DNA of 64,000 bases, taken from IMG/VR virus record IMGVR_UViG_3300008110_000009. One strand, written 5' to 3'. Numbering within the stretch: the stretch's first letter is position 1; each line of letters starts with the position of its first letter. The position numbers and the translations under genes were made by a program. The notes beneath the pieces were generated by a model. That model saw nothing but the letters and a program-made list of their open reading frames with translations. It was not told the DNA's origin and did not search any database. Below, piece after piece: positions 20,860 through 30,640 of the stretch. The stretch is from a virus.

Positions 20860-21591
20860 ATGAATAATTTTATTAAACAAGTAATTGAAGAAAAGTTTGC
20901 ATCGAAGGCTCAGCAAAGATTTTTCTACGCTCAGGCTGGAAAAGGTGGCAAAAAGGGTAAGAAGTGGGCCAAGTGGGCTAAAGAATTTTCAGCTGATACC
21001 GATTTCAAAAAAATACCAGAAAAAATAGAAAAAGATGAAGAGATTGAAGAAATTGTAGACGATCAGGGTAATATCAAGAGAAGCGAGGTTCCTTTAGCTA
21101 TGAAAAAAAGTACAATAGGCTCTAAAAAAAGAACCGACAAGGTGGTTAAAACCGGAGCTGGCGCTATGGGTATTCATGGTGTTCACGGTACACATACATC
21201 ATTAAGATATTGGGCTGAATCTGATATGAGTGCTGCTTTAGGATATGACGACACCCTTGGTGATGACGCAACATATGATGAAGCTTATTCACATTTTACT
21301 AAAAAATTGGGTCTAAGCGATGAGGAAGCTAAAGAAAGACTAAAAGCTATGGGTTATATTCCTGGAGAAAAAGAATTAGTTAGATTGGTTGAAAATCCCA
21401 AAAAATTTATGCAAGATTATATTGAAAGTGTTCTTGTAAAAAAGGGTGACGATAAAGAAGTGATAGCAAAGGAGGAAGACGAAACCGAATTAAATCCATT
21501 AGTTAAGAAACAACTTGATTCTTTAAAGAAAAGTTTAAAAAATAATAATATACCAGTAGAAAAAATTGTAAACCATCTTAAAAGTGAATAA
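20860..21591 (+). CDS. Hypothetical late (probable head-associated) protein
   Basis: 'EEKFASKAQQRFFYA' N-terminal module; TATTTATA upstream. Confidence 0.5.
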   Translation: MNNFIKQVIEEKFASKAQQRFFYAQAGKGGKKGKKWAKWAKEFSADTDFKKIPEKIEKDEEIEEIVDDQGNIKRSEVPLAMKKSTIGSKKRTDKVVKTGAGAMGIHGVHGTHTSLRYWAESDMSAALGYDDTLGDDATYDEAYSHFTKKLGLSDEEAKERLKAMGYIPGEKELVRLVENPKKFMQDYIESVLVKKGDDKEVIAKEEDETELNPLVKKQLDSLKKSLKNNNIPVEKIVNHLKSE

Positions 21592-22075
21592 TCAATTAAA
21601 AGATAACGTTTACGATGTTCCGAATGATATTTTAGAAAAAATCAATTCGGTACTTTCCTCAGTTAACGATGATTCCCACGGGGTTCAACGAGCTAAAACG
21701 CTTTGTTCTGAAAAGAAAGTAACATATGGTCAACTAAAAAGGATTATACACGATATAAAAACAATCGATAAAGAAAAAGACAAATTAAGGTACGAATTGT
21801 ATGGTGGTGAGTTAATGGAAAAATGGGCAAAACAATTTTTAGATGGTCAAAGAGGTTTGATTAAATCAAAAAAACAATCTTCTCAAAAAATAAACAATTT
21901 GACGGGAATGAATGGTATGAGAAAAAATCCTTTTTTATCTACACATAAAAAGGCGGAAGAGAAACCATCGTATAAAAATTTTTTAAAATCTAATTCAGAC
22001 AAAACATCAATATCACCAATAACCTCTGTCGGTATTTTTGAAGAGATCGAAAGAATAAAAAAATTAATGTTATAA
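21584..22075 (+). CDS. Hypothetical protein with C-terminal EEIERIKKLM helix
   Basis: ORF track; overlaps the end of the upstream gene. Confidence 0.55.
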   Translation: MNNQLKDNVYDVPNDILEKINSVLSSVNDDSHGVQRAKTLCSEKKVTYGQLKRIIHDIKTIDKEKDKLRYELYGGELMEKWAKQFLDGQRGLIKSKKQSSQKINNLTGMNGMRKNPFLSTHKKAEEKPSYKNFLKSNSDKTSISPITSVGIFEEIERIKKLML

Positions 22076-22078
22076 AGT

Positions 22079-22732
22079 ATGCCAACACAATTAGAAATAA
22101 TCGCAGAAAAACAAAGACAAGAGCATTTATCTAGAAACTCATACATCGATAAGAACGGTTATGCTACAACTCATGAAAATGCATTATCTACCGGAGACGA
22201 TAAGGGTAAGGGAGAAACAAACACAATTGGATCGGCGACAGACATCCAAACTAGAATAAACAATTTGGTTAAAAACCCATATTCTGCGGACAAACGCTAT
22301 GATTCAAATAATCCAAACGCATTATCCGATGGTGATGAGAAAGGTAAAGGTGAAACTTTGACAATAGGTTCTAAAACAGATATAAACACCAGAACCGAAT
22401 TATTATCTAAAAACATATATAGTAACGTTAAGGGATATGGCGTAACAAACCCAAATGCTGTTTCTGATGGTGACGAAAAGGGTAAAGGTGAAAACAATGG
22501 AAAAGTTGGATCACTAACAGATATAAACACCAGAACAGAATTAGTAAACAAAAATGTTTATAATGGTCAAAATGGTTATTCTAGTGTTCACCCAAATGCA
22601 CTATCTGATGGGGATATAAAAGGAAAGGGTGAAATCAACACGCAAATAGGTTCTTCTGTGGATATTAATAATAGAATAGAATCAGTAGCAAGAAACAAAT
22701 ACGGAGAAACAAAAAAATATCCAGATTTTTAA
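22079..22732 (+). CDS. Protein with four ~39-aa tandem repeats
   Basis: Repeat NALS(D/T)GD(E/D/I)KGKGE...IGS..DINTR....KN.Y occurs four times. Confidence 0.75.
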   Translation: MPTQLEIIAEKQRQEHLSRNSYIDKNGYATTHENALSTGDDKGKGETNTIGSATDIQTRINNLVKNPYSADKRYDSNNPNALSDGDEKGKGETLTIGSKTDINTRTELLSKNIYSNVKGYGVTNPNAVSDGDEKGKGENNGKVGSLTDINTRTELVNKNVYNGQNGYSSVHPNALSDGDIKGKGEINTQIGSSVDINNRIESVARNKYGETKKYPDF

Positions 22733-22733
22733 T

Positions 22734-23735
22734 ATGAAGTTAGAAGAAATTATTGAGGAACAAAACGAAGGGATATTAAAAACAACTAAAAATAAGCCTC
22801 TAGTTGATGCTATTGTAAATAGACATCCAATTACCTTTTATTATAGTGGCCCAAGAAAACCCAAAAAGAAAAGTGTTAAAGCGGGATATAGAGTAAAAGC
22901 AGAACCAGTTGCACTTGGGGCACATAAAAGTACTGGTAATTTATTAGTTAGAGCGTATATTGACGACCCCTCAACTTCAAAAAGAGGAACCCCCGGTAAA
23001 GTTGGGAAAGAAAAATCCAATTATGGTTGGAGAACGTTTTTAGCGGCTAGAATGTCAAATGTTCAAGTTGTTAAGGATGAAACTTTTAATACAATTAGAG
23101 AAAAATATAATGGAGGAGGTGATGATAAATCAATGAGTGTTACATACGTAAGCACCGACTTTTCTAAAACCCCACCTAAACCAAGAATTGGTGACATAAA
23201 AAAACCATCAAAAACGCCAAGCATAGAGCCTGAAAAACCGAAACCAGCAACAATAACAAAACAGGCAAGAAACGTAGATGCAGAACTAAAAAAATTCGAC
23301 GTCGAATTAGATACAATTGAAAAGGATATTAAAACAAATTTAGATGGTTACAAAGCAAATAAAGGTAAACCAGAAGAAGTAAAATTTATTCAACAATTAA
23401 AAGACCTTAACAAGAAAAAAGATGAGCTTTTAAATAAAATTGCTGATACTATTGAAAATATTGGTAAAGATGTTAAGCCTGAAGATAAAAGTAAAATAAG
23501 TAACTTTACTAGGAGAGTTTCAGCAAAGAAAAAAGATCCAGAAACGTTGATCCCAACACCAACGGAAAAACCATCTAAAAAACCAAATCAAAAAGATCAG
23601 GAACCAGAGAATAAAGAGAAAAAGTTACCTGAAATTCCTAAAAAACAAAAGCCAACAAACGAGCCAGAAGATAATCGTTATGATTTAAATGAAGAATTTG
23701 TAAACAGAGTAAAAAAACTTATTACATATTTTTAA
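22734..23735 (+). CDS. WYL-domain protein with Lys/Pro-rich C-terminal region
   Basis: DAI....ITFYY...R..EP..LG......L.RAY...WRTF...RM..V pattern of WYL domains. Confidence 0.65.
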   Translation: MKLEEIIEEQNEGILKTTKNKPLVDAIVNRHPITFYYSGPRKPKKKSVKAGYRVKAEPVALGAHKSTGNLLVRAYIDDPSTSKRGTPGKVGKEKSNYGWRTFLAARMSNVQVVKDETFNTIREKYNGGGDDKSMSVTYVSTDFSKTPPKPRIGDIKKPSKTPSIEPEKPKPATITKQARNVDAELKKFDVELDTIEKDIKTNLDGYKANKGKPEEVKFIQQLKDLNKKKDELLNKIADTIENIGKDVKPEDKSKISNFTRRVSAKKKDPETLIPTPTEKPSKKPNQKDQEPENKEKKLPEIPKKQKPTNEPEDNRYDLNEEFVNRVKKLITYF

Positions 23736-23774
23736 CTTTATTTTAATCAAATAAACAAATATATTTATAATATT

Positions 23775-24332
23775 ATGGGAAACGGAGCAATATCAGAAAA
23801 CGACTTAATGCACAAATTAGTGCAAGCAAAAAAAGTAATGAATAAAGTTGATGGTGGTAACTTTGAAAGAGGCCACATTAATGAAGACATTTTAAGAAGT
23901 GCACCAGAAGATATTTCTGAACAATCTGCCCCGCCAACTAGACAAATGGCGCCCCCAAGCGTTGATAGAATTCAACAATCAAAATTACCAGATCATATTA
24001 AAAAAGCTATGATCGATAACCCAATTCCACAGATTTCTTTAAATGAAACATTAGATATGGATTTCGTTAAAGGAGCTAAAAAATTAATGGAAAGAGAAGG
24101 TTTAGCAAAACCAACCCCACAACAAAAAAGTTCAGGCACAATAACAAACTCAAATATTGACATGAACGCAATCGCCACATTAATTGAAAATACAGTTAGA
24201 AAGGTTATGGATGAAAAATTAAATCAAATCCTTACTGCACAGCAAACAACATCAATTAATGAAAATCTAGTTTTAAAAGTTGGTGATTCAGTATTCAAGG
24301 GTAAAATCACAGGCGTAAATAAAGCCAAGTAA
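23775..24332 (+). CDS. Conserved-looking hypothetical late protein
   Basis: 'SKLPDHIKKAMIDNPI' motif; TATTTAT 6 nt upstream. Confidence 0.55.
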   Translation: MGNGAISENDLMHKLVQAKKVMNKVDGGNFERGHINEDILRSAPEDISEQSAPPTRQMAPPSVDRIQQSKLPDHIKKAMIDNPIPQISLNETLDMDFVKGAKKLMEREGLAKPTPQQKSSGTITNSNIDMNAIATLIENTVRKVMDEKLNQILTAQQTTSINENLVLKVGDSVFKGKITGVNKAK

Positions 24333-24383
24333 AGTTCACTTTTAATTTAAAATTTCTTATAATAGACATATAAGATCACAAAA

Positions 24384-25610
24384 ATGTCTAAAATAAGAAT
24401 ATTAGCAATTCCATCTGATGGCCACGGTGTTGGCAAATACAGAGTACTAGATCCATTTAAATTTATTGGAAATAATCATTCTGACGATATCCATGTTGAT
24501 ATTGTTATGAATCTAGAAGATAATGATAGCGTGTTTGATAACTATGATATTGTTCTTTTTCATAGTTTTATACACATGGTACCATTTGAAAGAAATTTGG
24601 AAAGAATTGAATGGTTAAAAAGAAGAGGTATTAAAGTTATTATGGATATTGATGATTTTTGGAATGTGGACCAAAGACATCCAATGTATGAGCAAATTAA
24701 AAAACAAAAGATTGCGGAAAAAAAGATTGCATTTTTAAAAGCGGCAGACTACATCACTTGTACAACTGAATTTTTTGCAAACGAAATCAAGAAAAGATTA
24801 GGTGTTAAAAATGTTATTGTATTCCCAAATGCTGTAGATGAAGAAGAGCAACAATTTAAGTCCAACCCATTAAAGTCTGATAAAATAAGATTTGGATGGT
24901 TAGGAGGCTCATCACACTTATATGATATCGAATTAATGAAAAGTGGTATTGAATCTATTCAAAACGAGTACAAAAATAAAACTCAATTTGTTTTATGTGG
25001 ATTCGATTTAAGAGGAAGTGTTCACGAGATTAATAAATCAACCGGAGAGGTTACACAAAGGCCAATACAACCACATGAAACTGTATGGTCTAAATATGAA
25101 AGTATTTTTACCTCTGGGTATAAAGTATTAGATGAAAACTATAGAAATTTTTTACTTTCATATGCACAAGCAGATTACCCTTCAATGGATGTACCATATC
25201 TCAGAAGATGGACACAGGATATCACCAAATATGCATTAAATTACAATTACTTTGATGTTTCATTAGCCCCACTACTTGAATCTCATTTTAATTCATGTAA
25301 ATCACAATTAAAAATTATTGAAGCGGGGTTTCATAAAAAAGCTATAATTGCTAGTGAAACCATGCCCTATACTATGGATTTAGTATCCGCAGTAAATGAA
25401 GGTAAATTTAACGATGGAGGTAATGCACTTCTTGTATCAGCAAGAAAAAATCACAAAGACTGGGCAAAACACATGAAAAGATTGATAGATAACCCAAACA
25501 TGATTGAAGACTTGGGTAATAGATTATACGAAACAGTTAAAGACAAATATTCTTTAAAAAAAGTATGTAATGATCGAGTTCAATTCTTCAAATCTATTGT
25601 TAACAAATAG
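24384..25610 (+). CDS. Glycosyltransferase (GT-B, family 4-like)
   Basis: DIDD, GWLGGSSH and 'DVSLAPL...FNSCKSQLKIIEAG' motifs. Confidence 0.85.
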   Translation: MSKIRILAIPSDGHGVGKYRVLDPFKFIGNNHSDDIHVDIVMNLEDNDSVFDNYDIVLFHSFIHMVPFERNLERIEWLKRRGIKVIMDIDDFWNVDQRHPMYEQIKKQKIAEKKIAFLKAADYITCTTEFFANEIKKRLGVKNVIVFPNAVDEEEQQFKSNPLKSDKIRFGWLGGSSHLYDIELMKSGIESIQNEYKNKTQFVLCGFDLRGSVHEINKSTGEVTQRPIQPHETVWSKYESIFTSGYKVLDENYRNFLLSYAQADYPSMDVPYLRRWTQDITKYALNYNYFDVSLAPLLESHFNSCKSQLKIIEAGFHKKAIIASETMPYTMDLVSAVNEGKFNDGGNALLVSARKNHKDWAKHMKRLIDNPNMIEDLGNRLYETVKDKYSLKKVCNDRVQFFKSIVNK

Positions 25611-25612
25611 TT

Positions 25613-25644
25613 TTTGGTTTTTTGAAAAAAAAGACTTATATTAG
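25613..25644 (+). promoter_or_regulatory. Bacteroidota-type primary sigma promoter
   Basis: TTTG-N20-TATATTAG, one mismatch to TAnnTTTG. Confidence 0.5.
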
Positions 25645-25668
25645 TTAATAACATTAAAACTAAAAATT

Positions 25669-25899
25669 ATGTATTATTTAATTACTATCGGTTACGAAAC
25701 CGAACAAATGGACAGAGAGGGTAACCCTAGAATCAAAAAAGTTAAATACGTGCTTCAAGCTGAATCTGTTGAAGAAGCTACTATGGTTGCCGCCAAATAT
25801 AGGGCTGGTGACATTAGAGGTAGTGAAAGCTTGAGCGTAGTAAAGATGCCGATTGAATGTGTAATAGACGAGAAAAACACTCCGGAATATTACAAGTAA
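25669..25899 (+). CDS. DUF4494-like small protein
   Basis: Y...I.YE......G..KKVKY.L.AES..EA pattern, like Bacteroidota DUF4494. Confidence 0.55.
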   Translation: MYYLITIGYETEQMDREGNPRIKKVKYVLQAESVEEATMVAAKYRAGDIRGSESLSVVKMPIECVIDEKNTPEYYK

Positions 25900-25900
25900 A

Positions 25901-26470
25901 ATGATTTCGAAAGAAAAAATTGAAAAAAATAAAAAGAAGTTTCTTGAAGTAAATGAAACTTATGGCATTTTTACAAAAGAGTTAGAAGAATTTCTGGGTG
26001 ATGATTTTTTTCATTGCCCAGCTTCTCCTTCTCTTGATTTATACGGAGCATACCCAGGCGGACTACTAGATCATTTATTAAAAGTTTGTAAATTTTCATT
26101 ATATATAAATGATATTTTACCCGAAAAAATAAAAATTGAAAAAAATAAAATAATAAAAACTGTTTTTTTATCACAAATCGGAAAAGTTTTTCTATTTAAA
26201 CCAAACCCAAGTGAATGGCATAGAATCAATCAAGGTAAAATGTATGTTTACCAAACTGAAAATATGATTGCAATGAAGGCTGGCGAGAGAAGTGCTTTCT
26301 ATGCTTTAAAATATGGATGTAATTTAGATGATGACGAATATCAAGCAATAATAAATGTTGATAAAGACTCTGATGATAAAATGGCAAAGTGGCACTCATC
26401 GATCTTATCACAGATACTAAAACACGGTTTTGAATTAGCACTAATAGAAGAAAAATATGGAAACAAATAA
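25901..26470 (+). CDS. HD-domain-like protein (degenerate HD motif)
   Basis: CPAS...GAYPGGLLDH.L.V is retained, but the expected HDIGK reads SQIGK. Confidence 0.6.
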   Translation: MISKEKIEKNKKKFLEVNETYGIFTKELEEFLGDDFFHCPASPSLDLYGAYPGGLLDHLLKVCKFSLYINDILPEKIKIEKNKIIKTVFLSQIGKVFLFKPNPSEWHRINQGKMYVYQTENMIAMKAGERSAFYALKYGCNLDDDEYQAIINVDKDSDDKMAKWHSSILSQILKHGFELALIEEKYGNK

Positions 26471-27074
26471 CAACTTTTTAAGTATTTTAGATAAACTAAA
26501 AGAATACGAAGCATTACTTTCCAAAGATGATGATTCTGAATTAGACGAAGAGTTGGTTAAACAAATTAACCAGACACTTGATGAATTGAATGAAGAGGTT
26601 TATTCAGCTCAAGCAAAAGAGCTATCATCATTCTCTGTTAAGTTTATTAATAAATCAACAAACGAAGATCCAAAATTTGCATATGAGGGAGATAGTGGAT
26701 TTGATCTTAGAGCGGACATTGAAGAGCCAATCATAATCCAACCATCTAAAAGAGCATTGATACCAACTGGTTTATATTTTGAATTAGTTAAAGGTATTGA
26801 AATACAGGTTAGACCAAGAAGTGGGTTAGCTGTTAAGCACGGAATAACAGTTTTAAATAGTCCAGGTACTGTTGATAGTCACTATAGAGGAGAGGTTAAA
26901 GTACCATTAATCAACCTAGGTGAGGAACCTTTTAAGATCGAAAAAGGTGATAGAATTGCTCAGGGGGTTATAATGCCAGTATTCGGTGAAGGTAAGATTA
27001 CATTAGCAAAATCAGACCAAATTAACGATACAACAAGAGGTGAGGGTGGCTTTAATTCTAGTGGAATTAAGTGA
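26457..27074 (+). CDS. dut: dUTPase (trimeric) with acidic N-terminal extension
   Basis: SGFDL, RPRSGLA, GTVDSHYRGE, DRIAQ and RGEGGFNSSG motifs. Confidence 0.95.
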   Translation: METNNNFLSILDKLKEYEALLSKDDDSELDEELVKQINQTLDELNEEVYSAQAKELSSFSVKFINKSTNEDPKFAYEGDSGFDLRADIEEPIIIQPSKRALIPTGLYFELVKGIEIQVRPRSGLAVKHGITVLNSPGTVDSHYRGEVKVPLINLGEEPFKIEKGDRIAQGVIMPVFGEGKITLAKSDQINDTTRGEGGFNSSGIK

Positions 27075-27119
27075 TATTTATATGGGTGAGAATAACTGTT
27101 AATTTTAAAATTTAAAATT

Positions 27120-27833
27120 TTGATAAAATCGAAAAACAAAGCCGCCGTTATAGAGGAGAAGAAAACACCACATAAACAAAGAATTAGAGAGATCATTAAA
27201 AAACCCAAGGAAAAATTTTTAACACAGTCACAAGAAGAGTATTGGAAAATATTGGGTGAAAATCAAATAACATTATGTTTTGGGCCTGCTGGGGTAGGTA
27301 AGTCATATATAGCAATGAAAAGAGCTATTGATTTACTTTGGGACGATGATAACAAATATGAAAAAATAATCATTGTTAGACCAGCAGTTGAAGCTGAAGA
27401 AAAACTAGGTTCACTACCAGGTGGGTTAGAAGAAAAATTAGATCCATACATTTATCCCTCATATTATCTTTTAAATAAAATAATAGGTAAAGAAGCTAGA
27501 GAGCGAATGAAAGATGAAGGGTATATTGAAGTTGCTGCTTTGGCTTATATGAGAGGATGGAATGTTGATAATACTATTCTTGTTTTTGAAGAAGCTCAAA
27601 ACGCAACACCAGCACAAATAAAATTACTTTTAACGCGTATTGGTTTCAATTCTAAATTTTTCTTATCCGGAGATTTAGAACAATCAGATAAATTCAAAGA
27701 TAAAACTAAAACCGGTCTATATGACGCTAAAAAAAGACTAGATGGGGTTAGAGGAATTGGCATATTTGAATTTGGTAATGAAGATATCGTTAGAAACCCA
27801 ATTATTAGCGAAATTTTAAAGAGATACGAGTAA
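27120..27833 (+). CDS. phoH: PhoH-like ATPase
   Basis: GPAGVGKS, RPAVEAEEKLGSLPG, YMRG, EEAQN, GDLEQSD and IVRN motifs. Confidence 0.93.
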   Translation: MIKSKNKAAVIEEKKTPHKQRIREIIKKPKEKFLTQSQEEYWKILGENQITLCFGPAGVGKSYIAMKRAIDLLWDDDNKYEKIIIVRPAVEAEEKLGSLPGGLEEKLDPYIYPSYYLLNKIIGKEARERMKDEGYIEVAALAYMRGWNVDNTILVFEEAQNATPAQIKLLLTRIGFNSKFFLSGDLEQSDKFKDKTKTGLYDAKKRLDGVRGIGIFEFGNEDIVRNPIISEILKRYE

Positions 27834-27876
27834 ATAGATATTTACTTTATTAAATTTTAACCCTATCTTTTGAAGT

Positions 27877-28518
27877 ATGAATATATATATTTCAATAGAT
27901 GGGGTTTTACGTAATTTCGTAAACAGGTTTCACTACCATTATGAAAACGCATACATTGATGTTGATGTTGATGCAAGTGAAGACAAGTTTGATTATAAAG
28001 TAGTTGAACCAATTACTAATCTTGATCTTTCTAATCATTTTATATTTCAATCAAAAGAACAAAAAGATTACTTTCAGTATATTGAATATCCAATGGAACT
28101 TTATGGGCACTCCCCAGTAAGTTATATCAATGTTTATAATGAGTTCAATAAACTAGTGTATGATCATAAAGATGATAATGTTACGCTTGTTGGTTTGGAT
28201 GAATTTGGCAAAGCTAGACCAGCCACCTTATTTTTTTTATCACGAAGTGGTTTTATGCCAAACAACATCAAATTTGTATCAAGTAAAGATTTAGATACGG
28301 AATGGAGAAACGTCGACATATGGATATCAGATTCAAAAATTATTTTAGATAATAAACCGGATAATAAAGAGTTTATTTTATTTGAAACCCCATATAATCA
28401 ATTCTTTACTTATGAGAAAAAAATAAATAAATTAAGTGATATCACCATAGGAAATGGTGATATATTAATTAACCCAAAAGAAGAACAAAAATTAATAATA
28501 GATGGCGGAATTTTATAA
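27877..28518 (+). CDS. HAD/5'-nucleotidase-like protein (degenerate DxD)
   Basis: 'IYISIDGVLRNF' (first Asp replaced by Ser) and 'PYN' C-terminal motif. Confidence 0.55.
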   Translation: MNIYISIDGVLRNFVNRFHYHYENAYIDVDVDASEDKFDYKVVEPITNLDLSNHFIFQSKEQKDYFQYIEYPMELYGHSPVSYINVYNEFNKLVYDHKDDNVTLVGLDEFGKARPATLFFLSRSGFMPNNIKFVSSKDLDTEWRNVDIWISDSKIILDNKPDNKEFILFETPYNQFFTYEKKINKLSDITIGNGDILINPKEEQKLIIDGGIL

Positions 28519-28786
28519 TAAAAACTACTACATCGATATCGATGGTATGATCGATAAATGTAGGACAGGAGGTACGCTTCAGGATGAAGACGGAAAAGAT
28601 GTGATGGAAATAAACGTCTTTAAATACGAACTTTTAAAGATGATGATTGATAGAGTATTAAATGAGATTGATGATATTGATGATGATGATGTGTTATCAT
28701 CATTAAAGCCAAGTCAAAGTTCAGTATCGTTCAATTTAGCATTTAATACCCTAATCCAATATGGAATAATAAACGAAGAAACATAA
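28502..28786 (+). CDS. Hypothetical protein
   Basis: ORF track, in operon. Confidence 0.55.
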   Translation: MAEFYNKNYYIDIDGMIDKCRTGGTLQDEDGKDVMEINVFKYELLKMMIDRVLNEIDDIDDDDVLSSLKPSQSSVSFNLAFNTLIQYGIINEET

Positions 28787-28790
28787 AAAA

Positions 28791-29858
28791 ATGAGTGAAA
28801 AATTAAAAAACATCGAAAAATTACAAGATGCACTTTCTAGAATAGAATCTAAAGAAAATAAAATTTATTTTTTATGCTATGACACTAGAAATAATGCTAA
28901 AGCTTCTGTAAAACATATCTATGATATGGCCCTCTTTTTAAAAGAGGCTGGAATGGACAGCAAAATATTAGTTGAAGACAAAAACTATAGCGGGGTGTCT
29001 AGCTGGTTGGGAGATAAATACAATGAGATACCTGTAGTTTCAATCAAAGATGATAAAATTGAAATGTCAATCGACGACGTTTTGGTTATCCCAGAACAAT
29101 ATTCAAATGTGTTGCAACAATTAGCGAATATTAGATGTACTAAAATAATGTTAGTGCAACAAAAAGAATACATGTTTGATTCTCTACCTATCGGCAGCCG
29201 TTGGAGTGATTTTGGGATTGAAAAAGTTATTACTACTACAGAAGCAGCTAAAAAATATATTCTAGAATATTTTCCAGAATCACTAGTATTTGTTATACCA
29301 CCAGTAATTGAAGATTATTTTAGTAAAAGTGAAAAATTACAAAAACCATATATTGGTATTAGTATAAGAGACAGAGTAAAACATAGGAAAATTATATCTG
29401 AATTTTATTTAAAATACCCGCAATTAAGGTGGGTTACTTTTAAAGATATGGTACAAATGACAAACGAAGAGTTTGCAAATTCTCTAAAAGAATGTTTTGT
29501 TTCTTTATGGCTTGATGATGATAGTACATTTGGTACTTTCCCATTAGAATCCATGAAGTGTAATATCCCCGTAATAGGTAAAATACCTTCTACAGAACCA
29601 GATTGGTTGACTGAAAATGGTATATGGACATATGATGAAAGTAAATTAGTAGAATTGCTTGGCACATATTCTTTAGCATGGTTAGAAGGTGTTGGAATTA
29701 CAGATGAAGTTAAAGAAAAAATGGCAAGTACATTAATACCATATGAAAAAGAAATAACAAAAAACAACACCATAAACGTATTTCAATCCTTTAATAATAA
29801 AAGAGTTGAGACAATAACAAAAGCATTAGAAAAATTAAAAGAAGAAGAAGTTGTATGA
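28791..29858 (+). CDS. Glycosyltransferase-like (GT-B) protein
   Basis: 'VIPE' and 'STFGTFPLESMKCNIPVIG', equivalent to the EgFGlpplEAM motif. Confidence 0.7.
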   Translation: MSEKLKNIEKLQDALSRIESKENKIYFLCYDTRNNAKASVKHIYDMALFLKEAGMDSKILVEDKNYSGVSSWLGDKYNEIPVVSIKDDKIEMSIDDVLVIPEQYSNVLQQLANIRCTKIMLVQQKEYMFDSLPIGSRWSDFGIEKVITTTEAAKKYILEYFPESLVFVIPPVIEDYFSKSEKLQKPYIGISIRDRVKHRKIISEFYLKYPQLRWVTFKDMVQMTNEEFANSLKECFVSLWLDDDSTFGTFPLESMKCNIPVIGKIPSTEPDWLTENGIWTYDESKLVELLGTYSLAWLEGVGITDEVKEKMASTLIPYEKEITKNNTINVFQSFNNKRVETITKALEKLKEEEVV

Positions 29859-30640
29859 AAAATATCACAGTAATATTACCGGTTCATAAATTAAACGAAG
29901 ATTATAAAGAAATGTTATTTTATTCTGTTGAATCTGTAAAACAATTTTATAACGATGTTAAACTACTAATTGTGGCCCCAGCAAATCTTAAGAAGGATTT
30001 GTCAGATATAGATCTAGGTCAAAAATTAGAAATAAAATATCATTACCATAATGAAAGCGCCGATTTCTGTAGTCAAATAAACGAAGGAGCTAAAATTTGT
30101 GATACAGAATGGTTTTCAATTTTAGAGGTTGATGATGAATATCAAAAGATCTGGTTAACAAGTGTAAATGAATACATGAATGAATACCCAGAAGCACAAG
30201 TATTCTTACCAATCGTAAAGGATATTGATGAAACTGGTAAATTTACAAATTTTACAAATGAATCCGTTTGGGCATATGGGTTTTCAGAAACACAAGGGTT
30301 TTTAGATAACGAAGTTCTAATGGAATTTCAAAGCTACCAAATAAGTGGCGGGGTTTACAAAACAAAAACATTTTTAGAATTCGGCGGCTTAAAAGAAAAT
30401 ATCAAATTAACATTTGGCTACGAATTGTTATTAAGATTAACCCATAATGGTGTGAAAATTGTTGTTGTCCCAAGAATAGGATACAGACATGTAAACTTAA
30501 GAGAAGATTCCCTTTTCTGGAAATACAAAAATGATCAAGAAATAAAACTAGGAGAAAAAGAGGCCAAGTTTTGGATTGATACAGCAAAAAAAGAATTTTT
30601 CTTCACCAATAAACGAGAAGTAAATTATAGTGAAGCTTAA
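29855..30640 (+). CDS. Glycosyltransferase family 2-like
   Basis: ITVILPVH, 'INEG', 'EWFSILEVDD' and 'ELLLRL' GT-A motifs. Confidence 0.8.
   Translation: MKNITVILPVHKLNEDYKEMLFYSVESVKQFYNDVKLLIVAPANLKKDLSDIDLGQKLEIKYHYHNESADFCSQINEGAKICDTEWFSILEVDDEYQKIWLTSVNEYMNEYPEAQVFLPIVKDIDETGKFTNFTNESVWAYGFSETQGFLDNEVLMEFQSYQISGGVYKTKTFLEFGGLKENIKLTFGYELLLRLTHNGVKIVVVPRIGYRHVNLREDSLFWKYKNDQEIKLGEKEAKFWIDTAKKEFFFTNKREVNYSEA

Noticed and set aside
22079-22732. Regularly spaced ~117-nt DNA repeats as a possible CRISPR array
   Set aside because: Repeats are in-frame, degenerate at third positions and lack unique spacers, so they are a protein repeat. No CRISPR array was seen in the window.
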